A stretch of DNA of 45,013 nucleotides. Source: a bacterium. Its GTDB lineage: Bacteria > Verrucomicrobiota > Verrucomicrobiia > Opitutales > Opitutaceae. Below the pieces are notes generated by a model. That model was not told the origin of the DNA. It searched no databases and worked only from the letters and a program-made list of their open reading frames with translations. Each line of letters begins with the position of its first letter. Positions within the stretch are counted from its first letter, which is position 1. Below are positions 15,848-26,881 of the stretch, piece after piece. The stretch lies in assembly GCA_021782105.1 (NCBI GenBank), contig JAJXVO010000001.1:1-45013 (forward strand). The letters run 5' to 3'. Made by a program: the position numbers and the translations under genes.

Positions 15848-17812
15848 TCACGGGCCTTCACGTTTCAGCCACACCGCCATCGGCGCGAGTCCACGATTGT
15901 CCCAGGCAAAATAGGGAATCGCCATTACTGGCGACGGTTCCTGCGCCACCTTGAGGTCCAGCACCGTCACACCCCCAAGCATCTTGGGTTCGAAACGGGA
16001 CTCGACGCGGGCGTGTGCGTCCACCGCCATCGCCTCCGGCGCGGTCTCTCCGTGCGCGAGATCCTCGACGCAGTAGACCACCGGCCCCCGTTCGAAAGCC
16101 ACTCGCCCCTCGGTCGCCGCAATGTGCGGATTTCCAAGTACGGCACGAATCGGCATAGGCAGATTCAGGGCCACGACATCGCCGCGTTTCCAGATGCGCG
16201 TAATCGAGAGGTACCCGAGATGAAGCTCACCACGAACCGGAGCACCGTCGACGCTCACAGTCCAGCCATCGCCCTTCGCCCCGCCTTGGTAGCGGTAAAG
16301 GTCCGAAGGCACCGGCCGACCCTGCGCCCAGCCTGGGATTCGCAGCCGCAACGTGAACGACACGGGATGTTCCGGATTCACTGCGATCCGCACCGCGCCC
16401 CGCCAGGGATAGTCCGTCGTCTGGTCGACCTTCACGGCGACTCCGCCTAGCGACACCGAGGCCTCGCCGCCGCCGTAAAGATTCACGTACAGCGCGTCGC
16501 CCTTGGTCGCGTAAAAATAGCCGCCGAGCGACGCCAGCAGGCGCATCAGGTTGGGCGGGCAGCACGCGCAGCCAAACCACGGGGCGCGTCCGGCGCAGCC
16601 ATAGTTGTTCTTCGCACTGCCGTCGTAGACCAGCGGATTGGGGTAGAAGAAACGATTTCCCGACAGCGACACGCCGCTGATAAATCCGTTGTAGGCCGTG
16701 CGCTCGCAGACATCCATGTAACGCGCGTCACCCGTGCTCAGGAACATCCGATGATTCCACATCATGAGGGCCACCGCGGCGCAGGTTTCGTTGTAGGCGT
16801 TGTTCGGCAGTTGATAGTTCGCGCCATAGGCTTCGCCGTCCGCAAGGGCACCGACTCCGCCGGTCAGGTAGAGTTTTTTGGAGACCACGTTCTCCCAGAT
16901 CCGGTCGATCGCGTTCTGATACCGAACGTCGCCCGTGAGCGCCGCGACGTCCGCCATGCCGCAGTACAGGTAATTCGCCCGCACGGCGTGTCCCTCCGCC
17001 TCGGTCTGATCGACCACCAGCCTGTCCTGCTGGCTGTAAGCCGGCCCACCCGGTCCGCGCGCATCGAGAAAGATCTTCGCAAGCTTGAGCCAGCGTGCGT
17101 CACCAGTCACGCGATACAGCTTCACCAGTCCCATCTCGACAATCTCGTGGCCGGGAGCCACGCGCAGTTTGCCGTCGCCGAAATCACGCCAGAGCAGGTT
17201 CGCGTTCTTCAGACAGACGTCGAGCAGCGTGCGCTTGCCCGTTGCCAGATAGTGCGCGACCCCCGCCTCGTACAGATGCCCGGCATCGTAGAGCTCATGG
17301 CTGAGCTTCGGCTCGTTCTCCCAGCGCCTCTGGCCAACCCACGCCTGGGCCGGCGAGTCCGGATGCATCGTGCGGAAGGTGTACAGGTAGCCGTCGGGCT
17401 CCTGGGCGGCGGCGATCCTCGCAATCCAGCCGTCCACCCGCGCGGACAGCGCCGCGTCGGGATGCATGCTCAGCATGTAGGAGGCCGCCTCGATCACCTT
17501 GTACGCGTCGGTGTCGTCGAACGGAAAAATCGTCGCGGGCTTGTTCTGAAAATGCACGTCCCCCGCAGCCCTGCGGCGCAGCGTCTCCGCCGCGAGGTCG
17601 AAGTTTTTCAGGCGGTTCGAGGCCTCGCATTGGTCCATCGCATACGGAAGGGTCACCGTACGGTTGATCTCCTGATGCGTCCCCCAGAACCCGCCGTCCA
17701 GACGAACCTCGGTGAATGGAACGGGGTGGACCCTGTAATCGGTCGAAGCACCGGCCGAAAGCGCGGAAAGCAAACCGGCAGCGACAAGGGGCAGGCGGAG
17801 GGGCGTACGCAT
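15848..17812 (-). CDS. GH127 (DUF1680, HypBA1-like) beta-L-arabinofuranosidase-family protein, secreted
   Basis: The signal peptide is MRTPLRLPLVAAGLLSALSAGAS. HELYDAGHLYEAGVAHYLATGKRTLLD and the cysteine cluster PWFGCACCPPNLMRLLASLG match the conserved GH127 catalytic and zinc-binding cysteine region. Confidence 0.85.
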   Translation of the reverse strand: MRTPLRLPLVAAGLLSALSAGASTDYRVHPVPFTEVRLDGGFWGTHQEINRTVTLPYAMDQCEASNRLKNFDLAAETLRRRAAGDVHFQNKPATIFPFDDTDAYKVIEAASYMLSMHPDAALSARVDGWIARIAAAQEPDGYLYTFRTMHPDSPAQAWVGQRRWENEPKLSHELYDAGHLYEAGVAHYLATGKRTLLDVCLKNANLLWRDFGDGKLRVAPGHEIVEMGLVKLYRVTGDARWLKLAKIFLDARGPGGPAYSQQDRLVVDQTEAEGHAVRANYLYCGMADVAALTGDVRYQNAIDRIWENVVSKKLYLTGGVGALADGEAYGANYQLPNNAYNETCAAVALMMWNHRMFLSTGDARYMDVCERTAYNGFISGVSLSGNRFFYPNPLVYDGSAKNNYGCAGRAPWFGCACCPPNLMRLLASLGGYFYATKGDALYVNLYGGGEASVSLGGVAVKVDQTTDYPWRGAVRIAVNPEHPVSFTLRLRIPGWAQGRPVPSDLYRYQGGAKGDGWTVSVDGAPVRGELHLGYLSITRIWKRGDVVALNLPMPIRAVLGNPHIAATEGRVAFERGPVVYCVEDLAHGETAPEAMAVDAHARVESRFEPKMLGGVTVLDLKVAQEPSPVMAIPYFAWDNRGLAPMAVWLKREGP

Positions 17813-17947
17813 GTCCGCAGGCTTGGACTCCCGATCTCGCAGGTCGAGAGGGTCAACAGGTGACCGTCATGCACCCCGCCACAGGCGGCGCAGGTTGCAT
17901 TTCGGCCCGGCCCGCTCATCGTGCGCCGCGTCGACACCTGCTCCGCC

Positions 17948-18712
17948 ATGCCTCCCAAGATCACCTCCCGCCGACCCACTTTCGTTTCCCACTCCTCGGA
18001 GCTCCAGACCGACTATGCCGTCACCGTGGACGCACCCGATGCGACGATCGGACCGGGTCCCTGGCCACTGGTGTTATTCATGGATGGCGACTACGCGTTC
18101 GACGCGGCAGTGCGTGCCTACCGCAGCCTGAGGGAAGACAATGCGGTTCCGCCCGCGGTCATCGCAGCCATCGGCTATGGCCACCCGTTCGGCAGCCCCG
18201 AGAACCGCCGCGGGCGCGACTACACCCCGACCGCGGCTCCGGAAGAGCCCGGAAGCGGCGGCGCCGATCGCTTCCTCGCCCATCTGACCGGTCCGTTGTG
18301 GGATGAACTTTCCGCGCGTTATCCGCTCCGCGGCGACGTGCGAGCCATCGCCGGGCATTCGCTCGGCGCGCTGATCGCGCTGCACGCCCTCTTCCAACCC
18401 CGGCCCTTCTTCAACCGGGTGCTGGCCGGAGCGCCCTCGATCTGGTGGGACAACCGCAGCTTCCTCCGCCTCGTCTCCGCCCATCGCGACCATACGCCGG
18501 AACTCGGCGCGCGTCTGTTTTTGGGTATTGGAACGCTCGACACCGAATCGATGACCGGTGACCTGAGGCTCTTCGAGCAGCAGCTATCGGCGCGGCCCTA
18601 CGCGGGCCTCGACGTGGTCTCGCGGCGCTTCGAGGGACGGGATCACTACGACGTGGCCCCCGACCTGTTCCGCGAAGGCCTGCGCGTGCTGCTCAGCCCC
18701 GCCGGCTCCTGA
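17948..18712 (+). CDS. Alpha/beta-hydrolase esterase (putative-esterase, IroE/enterochelin-esterase-like family)
   Basis: Motifs include PLVLFMDGDY, RGRDYTPT, the nucleophile elbow AGHSLGALIALHALF, and APSIWWD. The ATG is at 17948. Confidence 0.7.
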   Translation: MPPKITSRRPTFVSHSSELQTDYAVTVDAPDATIGPGPWPLVLFMDGDYAFDAAVRAYRSLREDNAVPPAVIAAIGYGHPFGSPENRRGRDYTPTAAPEEPGSGGADRFLAHLTGPLWDELSARYPLRGDVRAIAGHSLGALIALHALFQPRPFFNRVLAGAPSIWWDNRSFLRLVSAHRDHTPELGARLFLGIGTLDTESMTGDLRLFEQQLSARPYAGLDVVSRRFEGRDHYDVAPDLFREGLRVLLSPAGS

Positions 18713-18738
18713 GCCCTGGAGCCGCGCGGACGCCGCGC

Positions 18739-20433
18739 TCACATCCGTCCGTGCCGGACCATCGAGATGAGGAGCGTCGCCCCCATCAGGCCCGCGAAAA
18801 CATAGCCGACCAACCCGATCACGGGAATGTTGTGCCATTTGGGAGAAATGCCCGCGTGAATGATGAGCGCGGACGCCACGATCATCGCCGCGAGCACGAT
18901 CGCGAAGGCGAGGCGGTTGGTGGTCCGCTCCAGCGTGTCGTTGAGCGGCCGCAGTCCCTCGACGCGGAAATTCACCGATGCCTTTCCGTCGCGCAACTGG
19001 GCCGCCATGCGTCGAAAATCCATTGGCAGGGCCCGCAATGCCTCCACCGTATCGCCCCCGAAGTGCAGCAGTTCCCGCACGATCCGGCTGGGCTGTGCAC
19101 GCTGTCCGTAGATTTCGCGTACAAACGGCCCGGCCTGCTCGAGAAAATTAAACTCCGGATCCAGCACGCTGACGATGTGCTCGACCTGCCCCAGCACCTT
19201 AATGACCAGAAAGATCTCAGGGGGAAGTGTCAGCGAATGGCGGGCATTGATGCGCAGCAGGTGCTGCAGGAGACGGGGAAACACCAGATCCCGCATGGTA
19301 CCCGAGAAGTGGCGGTGAATGAATTCAGCCATGTCGGCCTCGAGCCCCGGCTTGGGCGGGTCCAGTTCGGCTCCCGCGAGGTGGACCAGCGCGGTCGTCG
19401 CCGCGCGTTCGTCCTGCTTCGCCACCGCCACAAGAAGCGACGCCAGGGAGTCGCGCAATTCGCGCACCAGGTAACCGGTCATCCCGAAATCGAGGAAACA
19501 AATGACGTTCCCCTGCAGCACGTGGATGTTTCCCGGATGCGGATCGCCATGAAAAAACCCGTGCACGAAGATCTGGCGGAAGGTCAGGTTGGCCAGGCGA
19601 TGGGCGATTTCCGTCCGATCGAGCCCGGCGGGTCCGAAGGCTTGAATCTGCGTGGCAGGTATGCCGTCGATGCGTTCCATCGTCAGCATGCGTCGCGTCG
19701 AAAGCGCGTGCAGCACGCGCGGCACGCACACCGTGGGGTCCCCCTCAAACTGCCGGGCGAATCGCTCCATGGCGGCGGCCTCCGCGGAAAAATCCAGTTC
19801 CTGCTCCATCCGCCGCGCAAAGTCGGCCACGATGGCCGTGGGCTGATGAGGCTGCCAGGATTCCAGGTTGCGTTCGAGAAGCTCCGCGATGCGCACCATG
19901 ATCTCGAGGTCCACACGGACGATCCGATCGATGTCGGGCCTCTGGACCTTGATCACCACACTGCCGCATTCCGCGCAGTTTGCCCGATGCACCTGGGCGA
20001 TGGATGCGGCGCCCAGCGGAGTCGGATCGATCGAGGTGAAGCACTCGCTCGGGGGCCGATGAAGTTCGGCGGCGATGACCGCCTCGATCTCCGGAAAGGG
20101 CACAGGCGGCACCTGGTCATGCAGCTTCGCCAGTTCATCGGTGTACTCGCGCGGCAGCAGACGCGTCCGCCCTGCCAGCAACTGCCCAAGCTTCACGAAC
20201 GCCGGTCCCAATTCCTCAAAGGCCATGCGCAGGCGCTCGGGTCGCGGCAGGTCGTTAGTACGCGAAGAACTCCGCCTAAATCGATTGGTGCGAAGCCAAA
20301 TCCATAGCCGCGACAGCGGCAGATGTTGCGCAAGGTCGACGTAACCATACTTCAAAAACACGCCAACGATCGTGCGGTAGCGCTGCGCGTGGCCGACCGC
20401 CCGGCTGATCCTGCGAAATTGGGAGAACCACAT
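18739..20433 (-). CDS. ABC1/UbiB-family atypical kinase with C-terminal transmembrane helices
   Basis: Motifs include FEELGPAFVKLGQLLAGRTRLLP, PLGAASIAQVHRA, VIKVQRPDI, GFFHGDPHPGNI and CFLDFGMTG. Two C-terminal hydrophobic helices follow. The ATG (complement of 20431-20433) overlaps the upstream stop by 1 nt. Confidence 0.85.
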   Translation of the reverse strand: MWFSQFRRISRAVGHAQRYRTIVGVFLKYGYVDLAQHLPLSRLWIWLRTNRFRRSSSRTNDLPRPERLRMAFEELGPAFVKLGQLLAGRTRLLPREYTDELAKLHDQVPPVPFPEIEAVIAAELHRPPSECFTSIDPTPLGAASIAQVHRANCAECGSVVIKVQRPDIDRIVRVDLEIMVRIAELLERNLESWQPHQPTAIVADFARRMEQELDFSAEAAAMERFARQFEGDPTVCVPRVLHALSTRRMLTMERIDGIPATQIQAFGPAGLDRTEIAHRLANLTFRQIFVHGFFHGDPHPGNIHVLQGNVICFLDFGMTGYLVRELRDSLASLLVAVAKQDERAATTALVHLAGAELDPPKPGLEADMAEFIHRHFSGTMRDLVFPRLLQHLLRINARHSLTLPPEIFLVIKVLGQVEHIVSVLDPEFNFLEQAGPFVREIYGQRAQPSRIVRELLHFGGDTVEALRALPMDFRRMAAQLRDGKASVNFRVEGLRPLNDTLERTTNRLAFAIVLAAMIVASALIIHAGISPKWHNIPVIGLVGYVFAGLMGATLLISMVRHGRM

Positions 20434-20750
20434 CAGCGAGATCGCGGCTTCGCAGGCGTGGTGCCAAATCGCTTCATAGCCCGCTTCGCCGCCTTGTTCA
20501 GATCCGTCCAGGCCGCATCCACGCCGCCCTTCATGTCCTTCCACGCGGTGTCACTGGCGTTGCGAAGAGCCGACAGGCGCGTCTTGAGTGCGGCGAGCTT
20601 CTCATCGGTGTCCGCAATCTCCTCGTGTGCCGCGATCTTCGCGTCCGCCGCCAGCCGTTTGGCCCGCGCCTTCATCACGGTCAGGTGGGCGTTGAGTTCC
20701 TCAATCTGGGCTTCGTATTTCTGTCGATAGGCGTCACGCAGCATGGTCAT
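20433..20750 (-). CDS. Small coiled-coil hypothetical protein (105 aa)
   Basis: The translation reads MTMLRDAYRQKYEAQIEELNAHLTVMKARAKRLAADAKIAAHEEIADTDEKLAALKTRLSALRNASD... A GGAGG lies 6 nt upstream of the ATG (complement of 20748-20750). Its stop overlaps the kinase start as TGATG. Confidence 0.55.
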   Translation of the reverse strand: MTMLRDAYRQKYEAQIEELNAHLTVMKARAKRLAADAKIAAHEEIADTDEKLAALKTRLSALRNASDTAWKDMKGGVDAAWTDLNKAAKRAMKRFGTTPAKPRSR

Positions 20751-21013
20751 GTATTTTCCTCCGTAATTTGGCTGAATTTTGCGCGGCCACGAAGCCGGAC
20801 TCCAGCGCCGCGCCTGGGGACATAGAATCACAACCCAGCGAAACGTCACGGCGATTCCCTCTCCCGGGCAACCGCACGGGGAGCCCCGGCAGGACGATGG
20901 CGCACGGGCCCGTCTCCTGCGCTCCCTGCCCTGTCCGGTATCCGCGCGCCGACGGCAAACCGATCCTTGGGATGTGACAAAGCGGCGACATGGCGTCAGG
21001 TTGATCGCCAGTC

Positions 21014-22648
21014 ATGGAAACCAGAAATCGTCTCGTTTTCTCCGTCCTGCTCATCGTCGGAGTCATTCTTGTCGGATGCGCAAAACGCGAGACCGCCGCA
21101 CAGGCGGGAATCCGCACTCAGACTCTGCTCGTGGGCAACGGCGCGGAGCCGCAGGACCTCGATCCGCAGACGGTGACTGCGTTCACCGACATGAACATCA
21201 TGGTCTCCCTGTTCGAGGGACTCACGGTCCTCGACGAGCGCACTTCGAAGCCGCTCCCCGCCACGGCCGAGAGCTGGAACTGTTCGCCCGACGGGCTCAC
21301 GTGGACCTTTCATCTCCGTCCAAACGCCCGCTGGTCCGACGGAACTCCGCTGACGGCTCATGATTTCGTATTTTCGTTCCGCCGCATCCTCTCGCCGAAA
21401 CTGGCCTCGGAATATTCGTACATGCTGTGGCCCCTGAAGAACGCACGGGCGCTCAACGAGGGCAGGATGACGGATTTTTCCCAACTCGGGGCGCGTGCGA
21501 TCGACGCCCACACGCTCGAGCTTCGACTCGCCGCGCCCTGCCCTTGGATGCTCACGCTCGTTTCAAACCAGCCGTGGTTTCCCGTGCCCCGGCACTCGAT
21601 CGAACGCTGGGGGGCCTGGGACCAGCGTGGCACGGCCTGGACCCGCCCCGGACATCTCGTTTCAAACGGCCCCTTCCGCCTCGTGGAGTGGCGCCCCGGG
21701 GTTCAGATCACCGTGGAGCGAAATCCCGATTACTGGGATGCAGCGCACACACGCCTGAACCGGATCGTGTTTTTCCCGTACGAGAACATCTCCAGCGAGG
21801 AGAGCGCCTTCCGCACGGGCCAGCGGCACATGATCTACGAACTCAGTCCTGAACGCATCGCCACCTACCGCCGGGAAGCCCCGAACGAACTGCGCATTGA
21901 TCCGCTCTACGAGACCTTTTTCCTGCGGCTCAACGTGACGCATCCCCCGCTCGACAACCCCAAGGTCCGTCGCGCTCTGGCCATGGCCATCGACCGCACG
22001 GCAATCTGTCGGACCGTGCTCCAGCAAAGCCGGATCCCCGCACCCTCAATGACTCCGCCAGGCGCCGATGGTTATGTGTCCCGCGCGAAAATCCCAGACA
22101 ACGCGCACGAGGCCCGCCTCCTGCTCGCCGAGGCCGGCTACCCCGGCGGCAAGGGATTCCCGCGACTCGAAATCCAGTTCAAGAGCGACGACATCCATCG
22201 CGCGACCATCGAGGCGATTCAGCAGATGTGGCGCAAGGAACTCGGTATTGAAACCGTGCTCACTCCACTGGAACAGGCAACCTGGCTCGATAACCAGCGA
22301 ACCCTCTCCTATCAGATCACCAGTTCCCGCTGGATCGGCGATTATCTGGATCCCAACACATTTTTGGATCTGTGGGTCGGCGACAACGGCAAGAACCAGA
22401 CCGGCTGGAAGAATCCGGCCTACGACGCGCTCATCCGCCAGGCTGCACACACGCTCGATCTCGACCAGCGCCACGAGCTCCAACAACGCGCCGAGGCCAT
22501 TTTGTTGGATCAATGCCCCGTGGTTCCCATCTTCTACGGTGCCCGAGTCTACCTGATCAGTCCGGCCGTCCACCATTGGCCGCCCGCGCTCCTGGGACTA
22601 CACCGCTTCCAACGCGTGGTGCTGCGCGACCCCGGCACCGCCAATTGA
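21014..22648 (+). CDS. ABC transporter substrate-binding lipoprotein, family 5 (Opp/Dpp-like)
   Basis: The lipobox lies in METRNRLVFSVLLIVGVILVGC. Family-5 solute-binding motifs include PLPATAESW, LRPNARWSDGTPLTAHDFVFSF, NPDYWD and WIGDYLDPNTFLDLW. Confidence 0.85.
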   Translation: METRNRLVFSVLLIVGVILVGCAKRETAAQAGIRTQTLLVGNGAEPQDLDPQTVTAFTDMNIMVSLFEGLTVLDERTSKPLPATAESWNCSPDGLTWTFHLRPNARWSDGTPLTAHDFVFSFRRILSPKLASEYSYMLWPLKNARALNEGRMTDFSQLGARAIDAHTLELRLAAPCPWMLTLVSNQPWFPVPRHSIERWGAWDQRGTAWTRPGHLVSNGPFRLVEWRPGVQITVERNPDYWDAAHTRLNRIVFFPYENISSEESAFRTGQRHMIYELSPERIATYRREAPNELRIDPLYETFFLRLNVTHPPLDNPKVRRALAMAIDRTAICRTVLQQSRIPAPSMTPPGADGYVSRAKIPDNAHEARLLLAEAGYPGGKGFPRLEIQFKSDDIHRATIEAIQQMWRKELGIETVLTPLEQATWLDNQRTLSYQITSSRWIGDYLDPNTFLDLWVGDNGKNQTGWKNPAYDALIRQAAHTLDLDQRHELQQRAEAILLDQCPVVPIFYGARVYLISPAVHHWPPALLGLHRFQRVVLRDPGTAN

Positions 22649-22893
22649 CCCGCGAAAATCAGCCGAAGCTCAAAGACGTGACCGGGGCTGATCCACCGAG
22701 GCCCGAAGAGATCACGGAGAAAGCCGATGGCAGGAGAAATTCGCAGCAATAACGCTTCACCTGCGAGGCGCGCGACGAAATCACCTGAGGCTCAGCCTCC
22801 CGGCTGTGCGCCCTCCGTGTCCTGTGGTTCAAAAGCGACCGCCGACCAGGGGACTGGACAGCGGCGAGCAAACGCCGAGCGGAAACTATTCCG

Positions 22894-24195
<1,302 letters not shown>

Positions 24196-24389
24196 ATCTG
24201 GAGGAAATCAGAGGTTATTCTACTTGTAAAACCAAGTCCTCCTAATCCCGGACGCGAGCACGAAAATTTTATCCCTCCTAATGGAGCCACTGCAAAAAAG
24301 GAGCAGCCACATCGGGCCGCAAAACCGCGATTCGTATCAGAGGAGTGACTACGACACTCCGGCAAGGCGTTCCGTTGGGCTATTCGCAA

Positions 24390-25019
24390 TCAGGTTGCGC
24401 CAAAGGCGAAGCCCGCGAAATTCCGGTAGATCGCCAACCCTTTAGCCTGGCTTTTTTCGGGATGGAACTGGGTGGCGAACACCCGTCCGCGCCCGACGGC
24501 TGCGGTGAACCGGCCGCCGTAGTCGCACTCGGCGAGCACCAGCGAGCGATCGGCGGGCACACAGTGGAAACTGTGTACGAAATAAAACGATTCGCCCTCC
24601 ACCGAGAGACCTGCGGCCAGGGGCGAGCCCGGCTGCGTGAAGGTCACGGTATTCCAGCCCATGTGCGGGACTTTGTAGCCCGGAGGAAGTCGGAAACGCA
24701 GCACCCTCCCCGGGAACACGCCCAGTCCCTCCACGTCGCCCTCCTCCGAATGTTCGAAGAGAGCCTGCATTCCGAGGCACACGCCCAAAAAGGGCCGGTC
24801 AGCCGAAATCCAGTCGCGCACCAGCGCATCAAGTCCGTCCGCCCTGAGCGCCGCCACACAATCGCGTAGCGCACCGACGCCCGGAAGCACCAGCCCCGAT
24901 GCGCCTCGCGCCTCGTCCGGACGCGTGATGACCCGCACCTCGCCACCCACCACTTCGAGGGCCTTGGTGACACTGCGCAGGTTGCAAATTCCGCTGTCGA
25001 TGACGGCGATGAAGGGCAT
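24390..25019 (-). CDS. hisH: Imidazole glycerol phosphate synthase, glutamine amidotransferase subunit
   Basis: Motifs are MPFIAVIDSGICNLRSV, LPGVGA, GVCLGMQALFE and QFHPEKS. Confidence 0.95.
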   Translation of the reverse strand: MPFIAVIDSGICNLRSVTKALEVVGGEVRVITRPDEARGASGLVLPGVGALRDCVAALRADGLDALVRDWISADRPFLGVCLGMQALFEHSEEGDVEGLGVFPGRVLRFRLPPGYKVPHMGWNTVTFTQPGSPLAAGLSVEGESFYFVHSFHCVPADRSLVLAECDYGGRFTAAVGRGRVFATQFHPEKSQAKGLAIYRNFAGFAFGAT

Positions 25020-25103
25020 GAGTCCTGTGTTCTCTGGGGACGCGCCCGGCGTTTCAAGTCCGGAGTCCGAGGGCGCGCCAGACGGCGGCCCGTCCAGACC
25101 GAA

Positions 25104-25712
25104 TCAGAGCGAGCCCTTGGTGCTGGGCATGACACCCGCAATGCGCGAATCGATCCGCGTGGCGGCGTCCATGGCCCGCGCCAATCCCTTGAATATCGCC
25201 TCGGCGACGTGATGGGGCTCCTCCCCATACTCAAGCTTCACGTGCAGGTTGCATCCCAGCGCGTTCGAAAACGCGCGGCTGAACTCCTTCACGAGGATGA
25301 GATTGAAATCGCGGACATACTGGCTGGGCGGCTCGACCTCGTACACGAGGCAGGCGCGACCGCTGAGATCCACCACCACACGGGCCAGCGATTCGTCCAT
25401 CGGGAGGTAAAAGAAGCCGTAGCGAACGATGCCGCGTTTTTCTCCAAGGGCCTGCTTGAAGGCGTCGCCCAGCACGAGCCCGACGTCCTCGACGGTGTGG
25501 TGGTAGTCGACCGCCACGTCGCCCTTCGCCTTTACGGTAAGATCGAACAAGCCGTGTTTTGCGAACAGCGTGAGCATGTGATCGAAGAACGGGATGCCCG
25601 TGTCGATCTTGGCGACGCCCGTGCCGTCGACTACGAGGGAGAGCGCGATGTCCGTCTCAGCGGTCTTTCGGGAGACCGCGGCTACGCGTTGGGAGCTGCT
25701 GCTTTTAGCCAT
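25104..25712 (-). CDS. hisB: Imidazoleglycerol-phosphate dehydratase (monofunctional)
   Basis: Motifs are [31 protein letters not shown] and [17 protein letters not shown]. Confidence 0.95.
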   Translation of the reverse strand: MAKSSSSQRVAAVSRKTAETDIALSLVVDGTGVAKIDTGIPFFDHMLTLFAKHGLFDLTVKAKGDVAVDYHHTVEDVGLVLGDAFKQALGEKRGIVRYGFFYLPMDESLARVVVDLSGRACLVYEVEPPSQYVRDFNLILVKEFSRAFSNALGCNLHVKLEYGEEPHHVAEAIFKGLARAMDAATRIDSRIAGVMPSTKGSL

Positions 25713-26797
25713 GCTTCGATTGTGCGGTTGAGGACGCCCATCTCGGCGTCGGTGCCGACGCTGATGCGCAGGAAGGACGCGGTCAAGGCGTGGCTGGGGA
25801 AGTAACGGACCAGAACCTTGTTGGCGCAGAGAAAATCGTAGAGGCTCCTGGCGACCGCCGGCCCGAAGTCTCCGCGGGCCGTGCGCGGCTCGGTGAAAAT
25901 GAAGTTGGTTTCGCTCGGATAAGTGAACCAGCCCCGGTTGCCCAAGTCCGCCAGGAAGGCGTCGCGGGTGGCCTTCACGCGGGCGATGACCCCGTCGTAA
26001 TACGGCACATCCTGAAGCGCGGCGATGGCGGCGACCTGGGAGAGGCGGTTGACGTTGTAGCTGTCGCGTACCCGGTCGAGCAGGTCGATCAGCACGGGAT
26101 GTCCGAGGGCATAGCCGACACGCATGCCGGCGAGGGCATAGGCCTTGGACAGGGTGCGTACGACCAGGAGGCGCGGGTGGCGCGCAAGCAGGGGCAGCGC
26201 GTTCTCCGCCGCGAAGGGCGCGTAGGCCTCGTCGGCCACCAGCACGCCGCGGTAGCCTGCGAGGATGCGCTCGAGGTCGGCGTTCGGAAAACCAACGCCG
26301 GTGGGCGCGTTGGGAGTGGTGAGGATGAAGGCGGGGGCCGATGACGCGGTGATGCGCTCAATGGGCAGGTGCATCGTGCGGTCAAACGGCACCGTCTCCA
26401 GGCGCCCGTCCTGGATCTCCACGAGCACCGGATAAAGCGAGTAGCTGGGACTCGTCTGCCCGAGGGGTGCGGCGCCCGAGCAGAAGACTCGGACGATCAG
26501 GTTGAGGATGTCGTCGGAGCCGTTGCCGATGCAGACCTGGTCGTCGTTCAGGCCGTGCAGGCGGGCGACGGCAGAGCGCAGGGGCTGGCTGGTGGGATTG
26601 GGGTAGAGGCGGAGCGAGGCGCCGTCCTCCCCCACTTCGCGGCGGATGGCTTCCGCGACGCGCGAGCTGGGCGAATACGGACACTCGTTCGTATTCAGTT
26701 TCACCCAACCGGATTCACCCGGCTGAAGTCCGGGCGTGTAGGCGTGGAGTCGTGCGAGGTGCGGAAGCGCGAGGGAGCGGAGGTCGGAATCGGACAT
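25682..26797 (-). CDS. hisC: Histidinol-phosphate aminotransferase
   Basis: The N-terminus reads [23 protein letters not shown]. Further motifs are [30 protein letters not shown] and [16 protein letters not shown], which carries the PLP lysine. The ATG is at the complement of 26795-26797, and the track start at 26842 is TTG. The 3' end overlaps the hisB start by 31 nt. Confidence 0.9.
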   Translation of the reverse strand: MSDSDLRSLALPHLARLHAYTPGLQPGESGWVKLNTNECPYSPSSRVAEAIRREVGEDGASLRLYPNPTSQPLRSAVARLHGLNDDQVCIGNGSDDILNLIVRVFCSGAAPLGQTSPSYSLYPVLVEIQDGRLETVPFDRTMHLPIERITASSAPAFILTTPNAPTGVGFPNADLERILAGYRGVLVADEAYAPFAAENALPLLARHPRLLVVRTLSKAYALAGMRVGYALGHPVLIDLLDRVRDSYNVNRLSQVAAIAALQDVPYYDGVIARVKATRDAFLADLGNRGWFTYPSETNFIFTEPRTARGDFGPAVARSLYDFLCANKVLVRYFPSHALTASFLRISVGTDAEMGVLNRTIEAWLKAAAPNA

Positions 26798-26881
26798 GGA
26801 AGAGACGAACCGGACCCCAAGACGAAGGCTCGGGGCGTGCAAGGCAACCCGACAATTCGCAGGACCGCGCGGGGCCGCCGG

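Noticed and set aside
22649-22893. A 245-nt convergent intergenic region with a 72-aa ORF (22727..22945).
   Set aside because: The ORF is Arg/Ala/Ser/Gly-rich, overlaps the 3' end of gltA, and has no motif or ribosome-binding site. It is probably just a 3' UTR and terminator region.
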